A stretch of 64,000 nt of DNA from contig JACRDO010000162.1 in assembly GCA_016212885.1 (NCBI GenBank), forward strand, positions 4,985 to 68,984, in the 5' to 3' direction. Of the stretch, positions 55,531 to 64,000 are shown piece by piece; positions within the stretch are counted from its first letter, which is position 1; every line of letters starts with the position of its first letter. This stretch comes from Elusimicrobiota bacterium (GTDB lineage Bacteria > Elusimicrobiota > Elusimicrobia > UBA1565). A program made the translations under genes and the position numbers. The notes under the pieces were generated by a model. That model did no database searches. It was not told where the DNA came from and saw nothing but the letters and a program-made list of their open reading frames with translations.

Positions 55531-57207
55531 TTGCATCCTATGCATGATATGAAGCTCAAGCTCCTGCGCGGGCGGAAAGGCTCGGTCCTCCTGGAGACGG
55601 TCGTTTCCATCGTCATCATGACCGTGGTGTCGCTGGCCCTCATCGGCATGGTGCAGAAGGCCATGATCGTATCCTTCAAGGCGCGGGAGCAGATGACCTG
55701 CGAGCGCATGTCGCAGGCGTCGTTCTCGCGGCTGAAGAACATCGACTTCTACTTTCTTTTCGCGGCGGACAGCTCCCAGGCGAACTACGGCCTTTGGGCC
55801 GCCTACCCCTATAAGGCCGCGCTCGACGGGATCCTGGGCGCCTTGCGCGCCTCCAAGTTCGATCGCTTGCGCGTGACGGTCAAGTTCATGCGGCGCGATG
55901 CCTCGGACGCGAACGCCGACGGGCTGACCTCGGACCTCATCGAGTTCGCGGACAACAACGGCGACAAGATCGACGACTACGACTCAAACATCAAGTATTA
56001 TGACCAGAACGCCGACAGCGACTTCTATGATGCCTATACCTCGGGCGGGCGCTTGGTGGCCGAGCAGCCCGACACCCACATGAAGAGGGTCACCGTGGAT
56101 ATATTCCGTGGAAGCCGGCTCGCCTGCTCGCACACGGAGCTCATCTCTCTGGAGCAGTTCACCGGGGCCCCGAACCCGTCGAGCGAGGCCGCTTTGAACC
56201 TGCTGGTCTCGACTCCAACGAACAACGCCTATCTCTACCAGGCGCTGAGCGCGGCGCAGATCGCGGCCCTCGCCCTGGCCATCGCGAAATCCTATCCGCC
56301 GGAAATCCGCCAATTCCGGGCCGACACGGGGGGTTCCCTGGCCATCGCCGGCGAGACGGACCCGCTCGCCACGGTCAATTTCTACGTGGGGGGCTCCGGG
56401 ATTCTGGCCAGCGCGGCTGCGGACGCGTCCGGCGTCTTCTCAAGCAACCCCCCGGCGGTGACCGCCGCTTTCGTGGAGGGAGAGAACACGCTGACCGCGC
56501 AGGCGGCCAAAGACGGCTACATCTCCCCGATCACCCGCCGCAGCCTCCTTTTGGATATCCAAGCGCCGGTCGCCTCCGGAGCGGTCCCCGCGGGCACGGT
56601 CAACACGCTGTCGCCCTACGTGGCGGTGACGCTGAGCGACCCCGGCGCGTCCACCACAACGACGAGCGGCATCTGCCCCGACGTCATCACGCTCAAGCTC
56701 AACGGCCAAACCGCCAACCATCAGTTCAACGCTTCCGCCGGGGCCGTGGTCCTCATCGACTCGGTGACCGAGACCGTGCCGGTGCTCAGCACCGGCGCCT
56801 ACACGGCCGTGGTCGAGGCCGGCGACTACGCCGGATACAAGACGAGCGCGGCCTGGACTTTCACCGTGGCCCTTCCGGGGACGGACCACTCGGCTCCCAG
56901 CGTGGCGAACAAGTCCCCCATCGGCATGGCGCCCTCCCAGCTTCCGGAGATATCGGTGCGGGTCTTCGACAACCAGACTGGCATCATCACCTCGAGTATC
57001 CTCATGAAGGTGGACGGCTCCGTGGTCGTCAGCTCCGCCAACGTCGCCTCGGCCTACGACCCCTCCGACGGCACGGTCTCCTACACGCCGCCCTCGCCGT
57101 TCAATTCCGGCAGCGACCACACGGTGGAGATCCAGGCCAGCCACTGGGCCACGGATCCTGCGGACAAGATCGCGTCCATCGACACCTGGGGCTTCAGCGT
57201 CCCATGA
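55531..57207 (+). CDS. large type-IV-pilin-like (prepilin N-terminus) protein with Ig-like repeats
   Basis: Prepilin-like N-terminus RKG|SVLLE (Glu at +5) followed by a hydrophobic helix. Beta-rich C-terminal repeats. Confidence 0.55.
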   Translation: MHPMHDMKLKLLRGRKGSVLLETVVSIVIMTVVSLALIGMVQKAMIVSFKAREQMTCERMSQASFSRLKNIDFYFLFAADSSQANYGLWAAYPYKAALDGILGALRASKFDRLRVTVKFMRRDASDANADGLTSDLIEFADNNGDKIDDYDSNIKYYDQNADSDFYDAYTSGGRLVAEQPDTHMKRVTVDIFRGSRLACSHTELISLEQFTGAPNPSSEAALNLLVSTPTNNAYLYQALSAAQIAALALAIAKSYPPEIRQFRADTGGSLAIAGETDPLATVNFYVGGSGILASAAADASGVFSSNPPAVTAAFVEGENTLTAQAAKDGYISPITRRSLLLDIQAPVASGAVPAGTVNTLSPYVAVTLSDPGASTTTTSGICPDVITLKLNGQTANHQFNASAGAVVLIDSVTETVPVLSTGAYTAVVEAGDYAGYKTSAAWTFTVALPGTDHSAPSVANKSPIGMAPSQLPEISVRVFDNQTGIITSSILMKVDGSVVVSSANVASAYDPSDGTVSYTPPSPFNSGSDHTVEIQASHWATDPADKIASIDTWGFSVP

Positions 57208-58004
57208 GATGGAGCCGCGGGTGGACTCTGACCGAACTCCTGGTCGGCATGGCGATCATGGCCGTTGCGTGCGCCGCGTTCGCCTCGCTGCTCAAGTACG
57301 TGATGCGCGCGACCACGGGGGTCCGCGCGCAGGGCGAGGCGCAGGAGGAGGCGCGCCAGGCTCTTATGAAGGTGGAGGAGGCGCTCGCGCACGCCAACGA
57401 GATCCGGGTGGCTTCGAATACGTTCGTCGAATTCGTCGTGGACTTGGATCAGTCGCCGAACTACAACCCGGACGGCGACATGGACGGCGACGGGATTCCC
57501 GACTACCGCGACGCGGACCGCGACAGCGACGCGAGCCTGCTGATGCCGGCGACCGCGCAGTGGCGCGCCGGGTTCAATCTCCAGGACGACGACGAGGACG
57601 GCGACGGGAAGATCGACGTCATGAGGAGGCTCTGGTGGGACAAGCCGGAGCGCAAGCTCTACCTGGACATGAGCCTCGACGAAGAGGCTTGGGGCGGGCG
57701 GCGGCAACTCGCGGCGCAGAACGTCTCGACCTTTACGCTGACCTATTTCGGCAGCAAAGCCAACGCGCTCGGCCGCCTCATCGACTTAAACGGGGATGGC
57801 GACGTCGCCTTCGACGAGATGGACCGCGCCGTTCCGACGACAGGCATGGGCAACAACAACGGCGCACTGGACCTGGCGAACGAACGGAGATATATTACCT
57901 ATGTCCGCATCTATCTCGGCATGGACAAGAACCGGGACGGGAAAAACGAGTATGTGGTGGAGACCGATGTCTATCCTCCGCTCTTGCCGCTCAAGAGCCG
58001 CTAA
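57204..58004 (+). CDS. pseudopilin/minor pilin with Asp-rich calcium-binding-like repeats
   Basis: Class III signal RG|WTLTELLVGMAIMAV. Motifs DGDMDGDGIPDYRDADRDSD, DDDEDGDGKIDV, DLNGDGDVAFDE. Confidence 0.65.
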   Translation: MRWSRGWTLTELLVGMAIMAVACAAFASLLKYVMRATTGVRAQGEAQEEARQALMKVEEALAHANEIRVASNTFVEFVVDLDQSPNYNPDGDMDGDGIPDYRDADRDSDASLLMPATAQWRAGFNLQDDDEDGDGKIDVMRRLWWDKPERKLYLDMSLDEEAWGGRRQLAAQNVSTFTLTYFGSKANALGRLIDLNGDGDVAFDEMDRAVPTTGMGNNNGALDLANERRYITYVRIYLGMDKNRDGKNEYVVETDVYPPLLPLKSR

Positions 58005-58020
58005 CGGGCAGGCGCTGGTC

Positions 58021-59226
58021 ATGGCGCTGATGCTCCTGCTGGTCTCCCTGCCGGTCGGGATCTACTTCTACAAGTACGCGAGCCAGCTGATCAAGTCGAC
58101 CATGGCGGAGCGCCGGCAGAAGACCGCCGCGGAGATCGCCAACAGCGCGCTGACCGACTACTTCCGCCAATTCTCCCAGGATCCCTACAACGGCCACTAC
58201 GACACGGACTCTCTCAGCCGTCCCGAGACCTTTTACTCGGCCGGCTATTCCACGGTCACCTTCATCCCGGACCAGGTCAACCGGACCCTCTATCTCAAGG
58301 CCAAGGGGGTCTACGGCACGCCGAGCCGGCCGCTCACCACGAAAATCCTGGAAGCGCTGGTCCAGTTCTCCTCGGACCTCGTGCAGTACGGCACGATGGT
58401 CAACGGGGCGTTCACCGTCAGCGCGAGCAACGTGACCTACCTCGGAGGCTTCTACACGAACGGGAACCTTTCCGTGACCGGCGCCAACGTCCGTTTCAAT
58501 GGAGGCCCGGTCGTGGTCAACGGCAACCTCTCCGGGGCCGCCACGGTCGTCATCGACGGGGACCTCTTTTACAGCGGGACCAGCGCAGGGAGCGTCACCG
58601 TTCTGGGCAACAAATACAACTACATCCCGGCCGTGGCCTGGCCGGCCCTGAACTTCCAGTATTACGACGCGCACTACACCTACAAGACCACCACGGCCCA
58701 GACCATCGTGCTGAACTCGACGGGCACCTTCACCGTGGTCGGCGGGGCGACCTACGCGATCCCGGCCAACGGCGCCATCATCTACGGAGAGAACACGAAC
58801 CTCACGGTGCGCGGGATCGTCAGCGGGCGCGTGAGCGTCGTGGCGGGCGCCTCCTCGACCGGGAACTGCTCCTCCGGCACGGGAAAGATCACCGTAAGCG
58901 ACAACCTCTATTACGTCGGCGCCAGTTCCATCGCGGCGAGCCCCACGGCGTCCTTTGCCGCGCTCGCGCGCAATTGCGTCAGGTTCTCCAAGACCGGCGC
59001 GAACCTGCTGGTTGCGGGCACCTACTTCGTGGAGCAGGGCACGACAAACATGCAGCTGAGCGGCTCCACGGGGATGAAGTTCTGGCTCTACGGGGTGCGG
59101 ACCCAGGGCATCTCGGTCTCGGGATTTACGGGCGGCATCTACCTCACCTACGACGTCAACCTGCGTTCCTACCAGCCTCCGGGCCTGCCCGAGAAGGCTC
59201 TGCTGGTCGATTGGAATCTGCACTAG
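58021..59226 (+). CDS. membrane-anchored beta-helix-like protein (PilX-like minor-pilin position)
   Basis: Start at MALMLLLVSLPVGIY (ATG 58021); the track ORF begins at 57796. N-terminal TM helix, repetitive NG/VT-rich beta segments. Confidence 0.45.
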   Translation: MALMLLLVSLPVGIYFYKYASQLIKSTMAERRQKTAAEIANSALTDYFRQFSQDPYNGHYDTDSLSRPETFYSAGYSTVTFIPDQVNRTLYLKAKGVYGTPSRPLTTKILEALVQFSSDLVQYGTMVNGAFTVSASNVTYLGGFYTNGNLSVTGANVRFNGGPVVVNGNLSGAATVVIDGDLFYSGTSAGSVTVLGNKYNYIPAVAWPALNFQYYDAHYTYKTTTAQTIVLNSTGTFTVVGGATYAIPANGAIIYGENTNLTVRGIVSGRVSVVAGASSTGNCSSGTGKITVSDNLYYVGASSIAASPTASFAALARNCVRFSKTGANLLVAGTYFVEQGTTNMQLSGSTGMKFWLYGVRTQGISVSGFTGGIYLTYDVNLRSYQPPGLPEKALLVDWNLH

Positions 59227-59304
59227 TATACACGACAGTAAGTTCGCCAATGGTTTTTGAGGCATCAAAATCATGACCCGAAACGCATTCTGCCCCCAAC
59301 AGAT

Positions 59305-59360
59305 CGACCGGACCCCGCGGGGGTCCGGTCGTTGCGCCTCGCATGCGACCGCGAGGCGCT
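59305..59360 (+). terminator. tandem GC-rich hairpins (candidate terminators) between convergent genes
   Basis: CGACCGGACCCC-GCG-GGGGTCCGGTCG (12-bp perfect stem), then GCGCCTCGC-ATGCGACC-GCGAGGCGC (9-bp stem) followed by TTTG. The U-tracts are weak. Confidence 0.35.
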
Positions 59361-59867
59361 TTGACGGCAAGATGGATTCCAGTTAGCGAACGATGCTGCC
59401 TTTGAAGTTCCTAATGGCGTATCGAACTTCCCAGACGACGTAGGTTCGATACGTCCAAACCTACGCCGTTTGGAAAGTTTGGACGACTTGTCGACAGAAA
59501 AGACCTGTTCCCATCAGCGCTTTTTCACATTTCACTTGCAGCGCTGAAGGTCCGAACAAATAAAGCCTGAAATAATCGTCACTTTTCTTCAAACAGGTCG
59601 CCATCTCCCCAGTGGCAATCCGCACAAAACCAGAAGCTGATTGAGCGCATCGAATTTCAGCCCGACTTTTTTGAGGCTGACATACACGGCAATGAATTCG
59701 CCGCGGTTTTTGAGTCATGAAAGCGAGCTTCGCGGTCGCATAGCGAACGCGAAGCCCCGGCGTCCTCCCCACGGGGGGACGCCGGTTCCGTGGGGGGATG
59801 ACTGTGGGCGCAGTTCTCCGGAATTGGTTCGATCATGAAACTGTCGGCGAACTTACCGCCGCGTATG

Positions 59868-61490
59868 CTAGAAAAGGTAGTCCGTGTTCAGGAAGCGCGA
59901 GTGCCTGCCGCGGATTATCTCCCGGACGAGCGCGACGTTCTCAGGGGTCTCCTTGGCCGCCACGATGGTCCTGATGGAAAAGACCCTCAAGGCGTCGGTG
60001 ATGGACAGCGTCCCCTCGGCGGAATCCTTCCTGCCTCCGAAAGGATAGGTGTCCGGGCCGCGGCGGCATTGGCTGTTGACGTTGACCCGGCAGACTTGGT
60101 TGACCATGGCGTCCACGAGCCGGCCCGTCGCCTTGGGGTCTTTGCCGAAGATCGAGGCTTGCTGGCCGTAGGGCGATTCGGCAAGGTAATCGAGCGCCTC
60201 GTCGGGCTCGTCATATGGAGCGATGGCCACGATCGGGCCGAACTGCTCCTCTTCCCAGAGCCTCATGCCTTTCTTGACCGGGTAGACGACGGCCGGATGA
60301 AAGTAGGTATGGTCGGATTTCCCGCCTCCGGCGTTGCGCACGCGGGCGCCTTTGGCGAGCGCATCCGCGACGTATTCGGATATCCTTTCGACTTCCCTCA
60401 TCTCGGGCAGCGGGGTCAGGAAGGTTTTGTCCATGAAGGGCATGCCGCGGGGCAAGGCGTTGACCGCCTCGCAGACGGCCGACACGAATTTCTCGGCCAT
60501 GGGCCGGTGAACGAAGATGATCTTGAGGGCGGTGCAGCGCTGGCCGTTGAATGTGAGCGCGCCTGCGACGATCTCCCTCACGGTCGGTTCCATGTCCGCG
60601 TCCGGGAGCACGACTGCCGGATTTTTGGCGCCCAAGCCCAGGATGCAGCGCAGCCTGTTGGCCTTGGGATGGGCTTTTTTGAGGATGTTGGCGACCTTGG
60701 GCGAGCCGATGAATGCGAGCAAATCCACCTTGCCTGACTGGATTATGGGCGTCACCACGGTCGCCCCGTCGCCGCCTATGATGTTGACCACCCCGGGCGG
60801 GAAAGACTGCGCGAATGCCTCCAGCAGGGGCAGGTTGCACAGCATGCCCAGCCTTGGAAGCTTTACGATGACGGTGTTCCCCATTATCAGCGCGGGAAGA
60901 AGCGTCGTGAATGTCTCATTGAACGGATAGTTGTAGGGCCCCATGCACAGCGCCACCCCGTAAGGCGAACGCCGTATCTGCGCCAAAAAGCCCGAGTTGA
61001 GAGCGAAGCGCGATGCGTCGCGGTCCAGGTTTTTGAGCGCCGCGACCGTGTCGCGGCCGTAGGCAACGGTGCGGTCGTACTCGGCCAGGGAGTCTTCCCA
61101 TGTTTTTCCGATTTCCCAGCACAAAAGCCTGCCGGCCTCTATTCTTTTTTCCTCCATCCGTTTGAGGAAAGTCTCAACGCACCTGATGCGGTCGGTTACG
61201 CCGGCGGTCGGCCATTCCCCCCGGCCGGCGTCGTAGGCTTTGGCCGCGGCCTCCACGGCCTCTTTAGCCGCGTCTGCGCTCAGGAGAGCGAATTTCCCGA
61301 GGTTCCTGGGTTCAAGTTCCGCGCCGGCGCGTTCATGCACGGGGGAGAGGACGTCGCAATTCGTCCCCTTCCATCCCCTTACTTCGCCTGCGACAAGATA
61401 GCGGAGCCCGCCGTTGTAGACTCCCGGATCGCGATCTCTCGGGGCCGGGGTCCACTCGATTGCCGCCGCGTCTTGTTCCTTTGCGATCAT
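59868..61490 (-). CDS. gapN: NADP-dependent non-phosphorylating glyceraldehyde-3-phosphate dehydrogenase-like aldehyde dehydrogenase (GapN-like)
   Basis: ALDH superfamily with catalytic Cys in FNGQRCTALK and LGLGAKNP. The start was set at MIAKEQ (ATG 61490); the track ORF extends to 61571. Confidence 0.65.
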   Translation of the reverse strand: MIAKEQDAAAIEWTPAPRDRDPGVYNGGLRYLVAGEVRGWKGTNCDVLSPVHERAGAELEPRNLGKFALLSADAAKEAVEAAAKAYDAGRGEWPTAGVTDRIRCVETFLKRMEEKRIEAGRLLCWEIGKTWEDSLAEYDRTVAYGRDTVAALKNLDRDASRFALNSGFLAQIRRSPYGVALCMGPYNYPFNETFTTLLPALIMGNTVIVKLPRLGMLCNLPLLEAFAQSFPPGVVNIIGGDGATVVTPIIQSGKVDLLAFIGSPKVANILKKAHPKANRLRCILGLGAKNPAVVLPDADMEPTVREIVAGALTFNGQRCTALKIIFVHRPMAEKFVSAVCEAVNALPRGMPFMDKTFLTPLPEMREVERISEYVADALAKGARVRNAGGGKSDHTYFHPAVVYPVKKGMRLWEEEQFGPIVAIAPYDEPDEALDYLAESPYGQQASIFGKDPKATGRLVDAMVNQVCRVNVNSQCRRGPDTYPFGGRKDSAEGTLSITDALRVFSIRTIVAAKETPENVALVREIIRGRHSRFLNTDYLF

Positions 61491-63388
61491 TGTTTGAGCC
61501 TCCGCGCGAAATGTTCCGCGATAGCGGCGCCGCAGCGTCCTGTCGCGTAAAGCGCCCAGCGTTTTTGCCAAAGGTTGGATTCCTCGAAGCTCAATGTGTG
61601 CGCCGAGTAGCGCATCTGCCCTATCAAGAGCTGCAGGCTGTCCCGGTCCGAGTGTATCAGCTCCGGATAGAAGGAGCGCAGCATGCGGATGGCCTCATAA
61701 GCCCGCTGGAATTGCCGGTTTTTGAAGCGCGCGGCCGGTTGTTTGGCCGGCGGCTTGCCGATGTCCTCGACGGCCATCAGATGATCGCTCAGACGCGCAG
61801 CCTCGCCCAATTCCGCCGCGGACCGGACAGGCGTAAAGATGTAGAGCAGGTCGTTTTCGAGCTTTATCAAATCCTTGAGTATGTGCCCCCTGTGGGTGTG
61901 AAAAAAGTCGATGAGCCAGACGTTTTCGCGCGAGTCGATGATGATGTTGGCGCCGTTCAAGTCCCCGTGGACATAGGCGAAGCGGGCCGCGCCCTGGGCG
62001 ATGGGGAGGAGCCTTTCCAGATCGCGCACGTAAAAATGATAGGGGTTCGGGCATCGTACGCCGCCCGGGAGCTTGAGCTCTTTTGCGGCCGCGTCTTCGC
62101 CGACAAGCTCCTTCGCGCACGTCTTGATCCTTGCCGCCATGTCGGGCCTGAATCCGTAGTACTCGAGGAGATTGCATTTCTCCGTCTTGCCTGCCTGGTA
62201 GAGCCTGCCCAGCTGTTCATGGAAAACCGCTTCGAGGTAGGCGCGGATTTTGGACAAGGGAACGCCGGCGCAGTAGATCTTTTGGAAAGTCGTTGATTTC
62301 CCGGGCCCCATGGCCGCGTATCTGTATTTGATGGCTCCCCTATCCGCGAAATCCGCGTAATCGGCGATCCTTGGCGCGCTGTTGCCGAGGACGGATTCGA
62401 TCCTCTCGAAAGAGGCGCGCTCCCTGCCTATTGGCGCGTGCGGGCCGATTTTGACTACGTGCGGAGCCTGGGCATGGCCGTGGATGTCGGTGCTCTCGGC
62501 GCCCAGGACGACATTTCCTGAGAACCCGCCGTCCAGGGGCCTGCAGCGAAGCTCCTTGGCGTCGCGGAAAAGGTAGCGCAGAAGCCGCGTATCGGCGCCG
62601 GAAAGGCTTGCGGCGCCTTCCATGCAAATCTTCAAGCGCGTCTCCTCGAACGTCCCCAGGGGCAGGGAGCCGGAGTCTCCTCCCAGGAACTCCACGAACT
62701 CGCCGATAGACGCCGCGATCCTGACTCCCAGGATGTTCCGCAGCTGGTCCAACGCCATGAAATGCTGCGCGCGAGACGAGCTCGCCGTCAGGGCGGAGCA
62801 GACCGCTATGTCGAAGTCGGGATATCTGGCCCGCAAATCATAGGCCAGAAAGGTGATTTTGGCCTCTGTCCAGACGCCTATCAAGCCCACCCTGGCCGGT
62901 TTGCCGCGATACGGCTCCAGAACGGATGAGATCCTCGTCCCGATGAAATCGTTGAGGGACATCGAATCCATGATCTCGACGCTTCCGGGCCTGGGCTTGG
63001 GCTCCTGGAATGCGAAATCCGCTCCCCAGGTCAAGGCCAGGCAGTGCTCGCCGAACTGCCGCATGTGCGCCTGCTGTTCGGGGTCCTGCGCATCGTGCCA
63101 GTCGCGGATGTGAATGATCTTAAGCCTGGGCACCTGGCCGTAGGCCCACTGCATCATCCTCACCACCGGCCCTTCAGGGGGATTCTCGCCCATCAGGCGG
63201 GCGGATTCCTCATGGCCTACGTGCAGAAGGTTGGGAAGAGGCTCGAACCTCGCGATGGGCTTTACGAAATCGTTCTGCAGGCATTGGGTGATGAGGATGG
63301 CGGGGATGCCCCCGCCGGCCCGCAGCCGCTTCTCCACGCCAGAGTTATACCGCTTGAGGCTTGGAGTCGTCAAGGGCTGGGTTGACAA
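61487..63388 (-). CDS. fusion: N-terminal isochorismatase-family hydrolase, C-terminal APH/choline-kinase-like phosphotransferase
   Basis: N-terminal IPAILITQCLQNDF (isochorismatase-like). C-terminal HGDLNGANIIID (Brenner-type kinase motif). The ORF starts with TTG; an alternative GTG lies at 63337. Confidence 0.6.
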   Translation of the reverse strand: MSTQPLTTPSLKRYNSGVEKRLRAGGGIPAILITQCLQNDFVKPIARFEPLPNLLHVGHEESARLMGENPPEGPVVRMMQWAYGQVPRLKIIHIRDWHDAQDPEQQAHMRQFGEHCLALTWGADFAFQEPKPRPGSVEIMDSMSLNDFIGTRISSVLEPYRGKPARVGLIGVWTEAKITFLAYDLRARYPDFDIAVCSALTASSSRAQHFMALDQLRNILGVRIAASIGEFVEFLGGDSGSLPLGTFEETRLKICMEGAASLSGADTRLLRYLFRDAKELRCRPLDGGFSGNVVLGAESTDIHGHAQAPHVVKIGPHAPIGRERASFERIESVLGNSAPRIADYADFADRGAIKYRYAAMGPGKSTTFQKIYCAGVPLSKIRAYLEAVFHEQLGRLYQAGKTEKCNLLEYYGFRPDMAARIKTCAKELVGEDAAAKELKLPGGVRCPNPYHFYVRDLERLLPIAQGAARFAYVHGDLNGANIIIDSRENVWLIDFFHTHRGHILKDLIKLENDLLYIFTPVRSAAELGEAARLSDHLMAVEDIGKPPAKQPAARFKNRQFQRAYEAIRMLRSFYPELIHSDRDSLQLLIGQMRYSAHTLSFEESNLWQKRWALYATGRCGAAIAEHFARRLKQ

Positions 63389-63426
63389 GTATATGATATC
63401 ATTGGGCTCGGCATCGGAGGATGATC

Positions 63427-64000
63427 ATGGCAGCGAAAACGATCGGCGGGAAAGGGGTCGTCTGGGCGCCGTTCGACTTGATGGAGCGCTTCATGGCGGA
63501 CGTCTTCAAGGGGGTCGGGGTGCCCGAGGAGGACGCGAAGGTCTGCGCGGAGGTGCTCATCACCTCGGACAAGCGCGGCATAGACTCGCACGGCGTGGCG
63601 CGCATGAAGGCGTTCTACTACGACCTCATCAAGGCGGGCATCCAGAAGCCGGTCACGGATTTCGAGGTCGTCCGGGAAGGCCCGACCACAGCGGTCATCG
63701 ACGGCCACAACGGCATGGGGCACTTGATCTCCAAGAAGGCCATGCAGATGTGCATCGACAAGGCCCGCAAGTACGGCATGGGCATGGCCGCTGTGCGCAA
63801 CTCGACGCACTACGGCATCGCGGGCTATTACGTCCTGATGGCCGCGGATGCCGGCATGATCGGCATGACCGGCACCAACGCCCGGCCCTGCGTGGCCCCG
63901 ACCTTCGGCGTCGAGAACATGTTCGGCACAAACCCATTGACCTTCGGCCTGCCCACGGACGAGGAATTCCCCTTCGTCATCGACTGCGCGACCTCGCTGA
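63427..64000 (+). CDS. malate/L-lactate dehydrogenase family (Ldh_2) oxidoreductase, 5' partial (runs off window)
   Basis: Not in the ORF track because there is no stop within the window. GGAGG lies 6 nt upstream of the ATG. Translation MAAKTIGGKGVVWAPFDLMERFMADVFKGVGVPEEDAKVCAEVLITSDKRGIDSHGVARM... matches the Ldh_2 N-terminal G-x-DSHG-x-x-R signature. Confidence 0.7.
   Translation, partial: MAAKTIGGKGVVWAPFDLMERFMADVFKGVGVPEEDAKVCAEVLITSDKRGIDSHGVARMKAFYYDLIKAGIQKPVTDFEVVREGPTTAVIDGHNGMGHLISKKAMQMCIDKARKYGMGMAAVRNSTHYGIAGYYVLMAADAGMIGMTGTNARPCVAPTFGVENMFGTNPLTFGLPTDEEFPFVIDCATSL

Noticed and set aside
59438-59462. tRNA-like T-arm (ACGTA-GGTTCGA-TACGT) followed by CCAAACC
   Set aside because: No matching 5' acceptor strand, D-arm or anticodon arm lies 60-75 nt upstream. 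The GTTCGA element is offset within the loop relative to the TPsiC consensus. The complementary GGTTTGG lies downstream, forming an ordinary hairpin instead.
63382-63404. TTGACA followed by TATGAT/TATCAT as a sigma70 promoter for the Ldh_2 gene
   Set aside because: Spacer lengths are 4 or 9 nt, incompatible with a 16-18 nt spacer. The region does contain an 8-bp palindrome TGATATCA that could be a regulator site, and it overlaps the uncertain TTG start of the divergent fusion gene.
1-64000. Search for CRISPR arrays, rRNA, tRNA, integrases/transposases and prophage genes
   Set aside because: No regularly spaced direct repeats, no rRNA-like conserved stretches, no canonical tRNA cloverleaf signatures (GGTTCGAATCC-type T-arms), and no recombinase or transposase motifs (DDE, tyrosine recombinase R-H-R-Y) were seen in any credible ORF.

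Overview
This is a 64 kb, high-GC (about 65-70%) bacterial chromosomal window. Coding density is high, and most genes are transcribed from the minus strand in long, translationally coupled runs (4-nt ATGA/GTGA overlaps). There are several short lower-GC islands (about 45-52% GC): 400-1500, 35.5-38.0 kb, 42.7-44.1 kb, 50.3-51.8 kb and 59.2-59.8 kb. I found no rRNA, tRNA, CRISPR array, integrase or transposase by eye.

The dominant feature is a roughly 30 kb envelope-lipid/pigment biosynthesis locus (about 1.5-32 kb). Its core at 21.6-31.1 kb has the hallmark gene set of aryl-polyene (APE)/flexirubin-type clusters: two tandem ACPs, two ketosynthases plus a KS-N-terminal-like partner, FabG, a hotdog dehydratase, an AMP-ligase with a fused dehydratase domain, an LpxL-like acyltransferase and an aromatic amino-acid ammonia-lyase. 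An ApeL/M/N-like export module sits at 11.5-15.0 kb (LolA-like protein, MMPL/RND exporter, lipoprotein).

The locus is unusually elaborated. It carries four radical-SAM domains: one B12-rSAM, one tandem B12-rSAM fusion, and one alpha/beta-hydrolase fused to a SPASM-type rSAM. It also carries a four-domain CE4-deacetylase/methyltransferase/GT2/DUF2062 fusion, a GT1 glycosyltransferase, a PlsC acyltransferase and an O-antigen-ligase-like protein with a TPR tail. A secreted WD40-caspase fusion with outer-membrane neighbours sits inside the locus.

The rest of the window encodes:
- two type II toxin-antitoxin pairs, each in a lower-GC island;
- an ECF sigma / zinc-anti-sigma / DsbD-like / periplasmic coiled-coil module;
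- two orphan proteins in a low-GC island;
- a TPR Ser/Thr kinase;
- a Na/Pi symporter with a DUF47 partner;
- glgC and glgP;
- an ADP-forming acyl-CoA synthetase;
- a PAS-GGDEF, histidine kinase and OmpR-type regulator operon divergent from a three-gene type-IV-pilin-like cluster;
- a GapN-like aldehyde dehydrogenase;
- an isochorismatase-kinase fusion;
- a partial Ldh_2-family dehydrogenase at the window end.

The ORF track also lists many long antisense or overlapping open frames (for example 1766..3301, 7196..8431, 16373..17695, 37891..39978, 40258..41787). These are expected artefacts of high GC and were not called.
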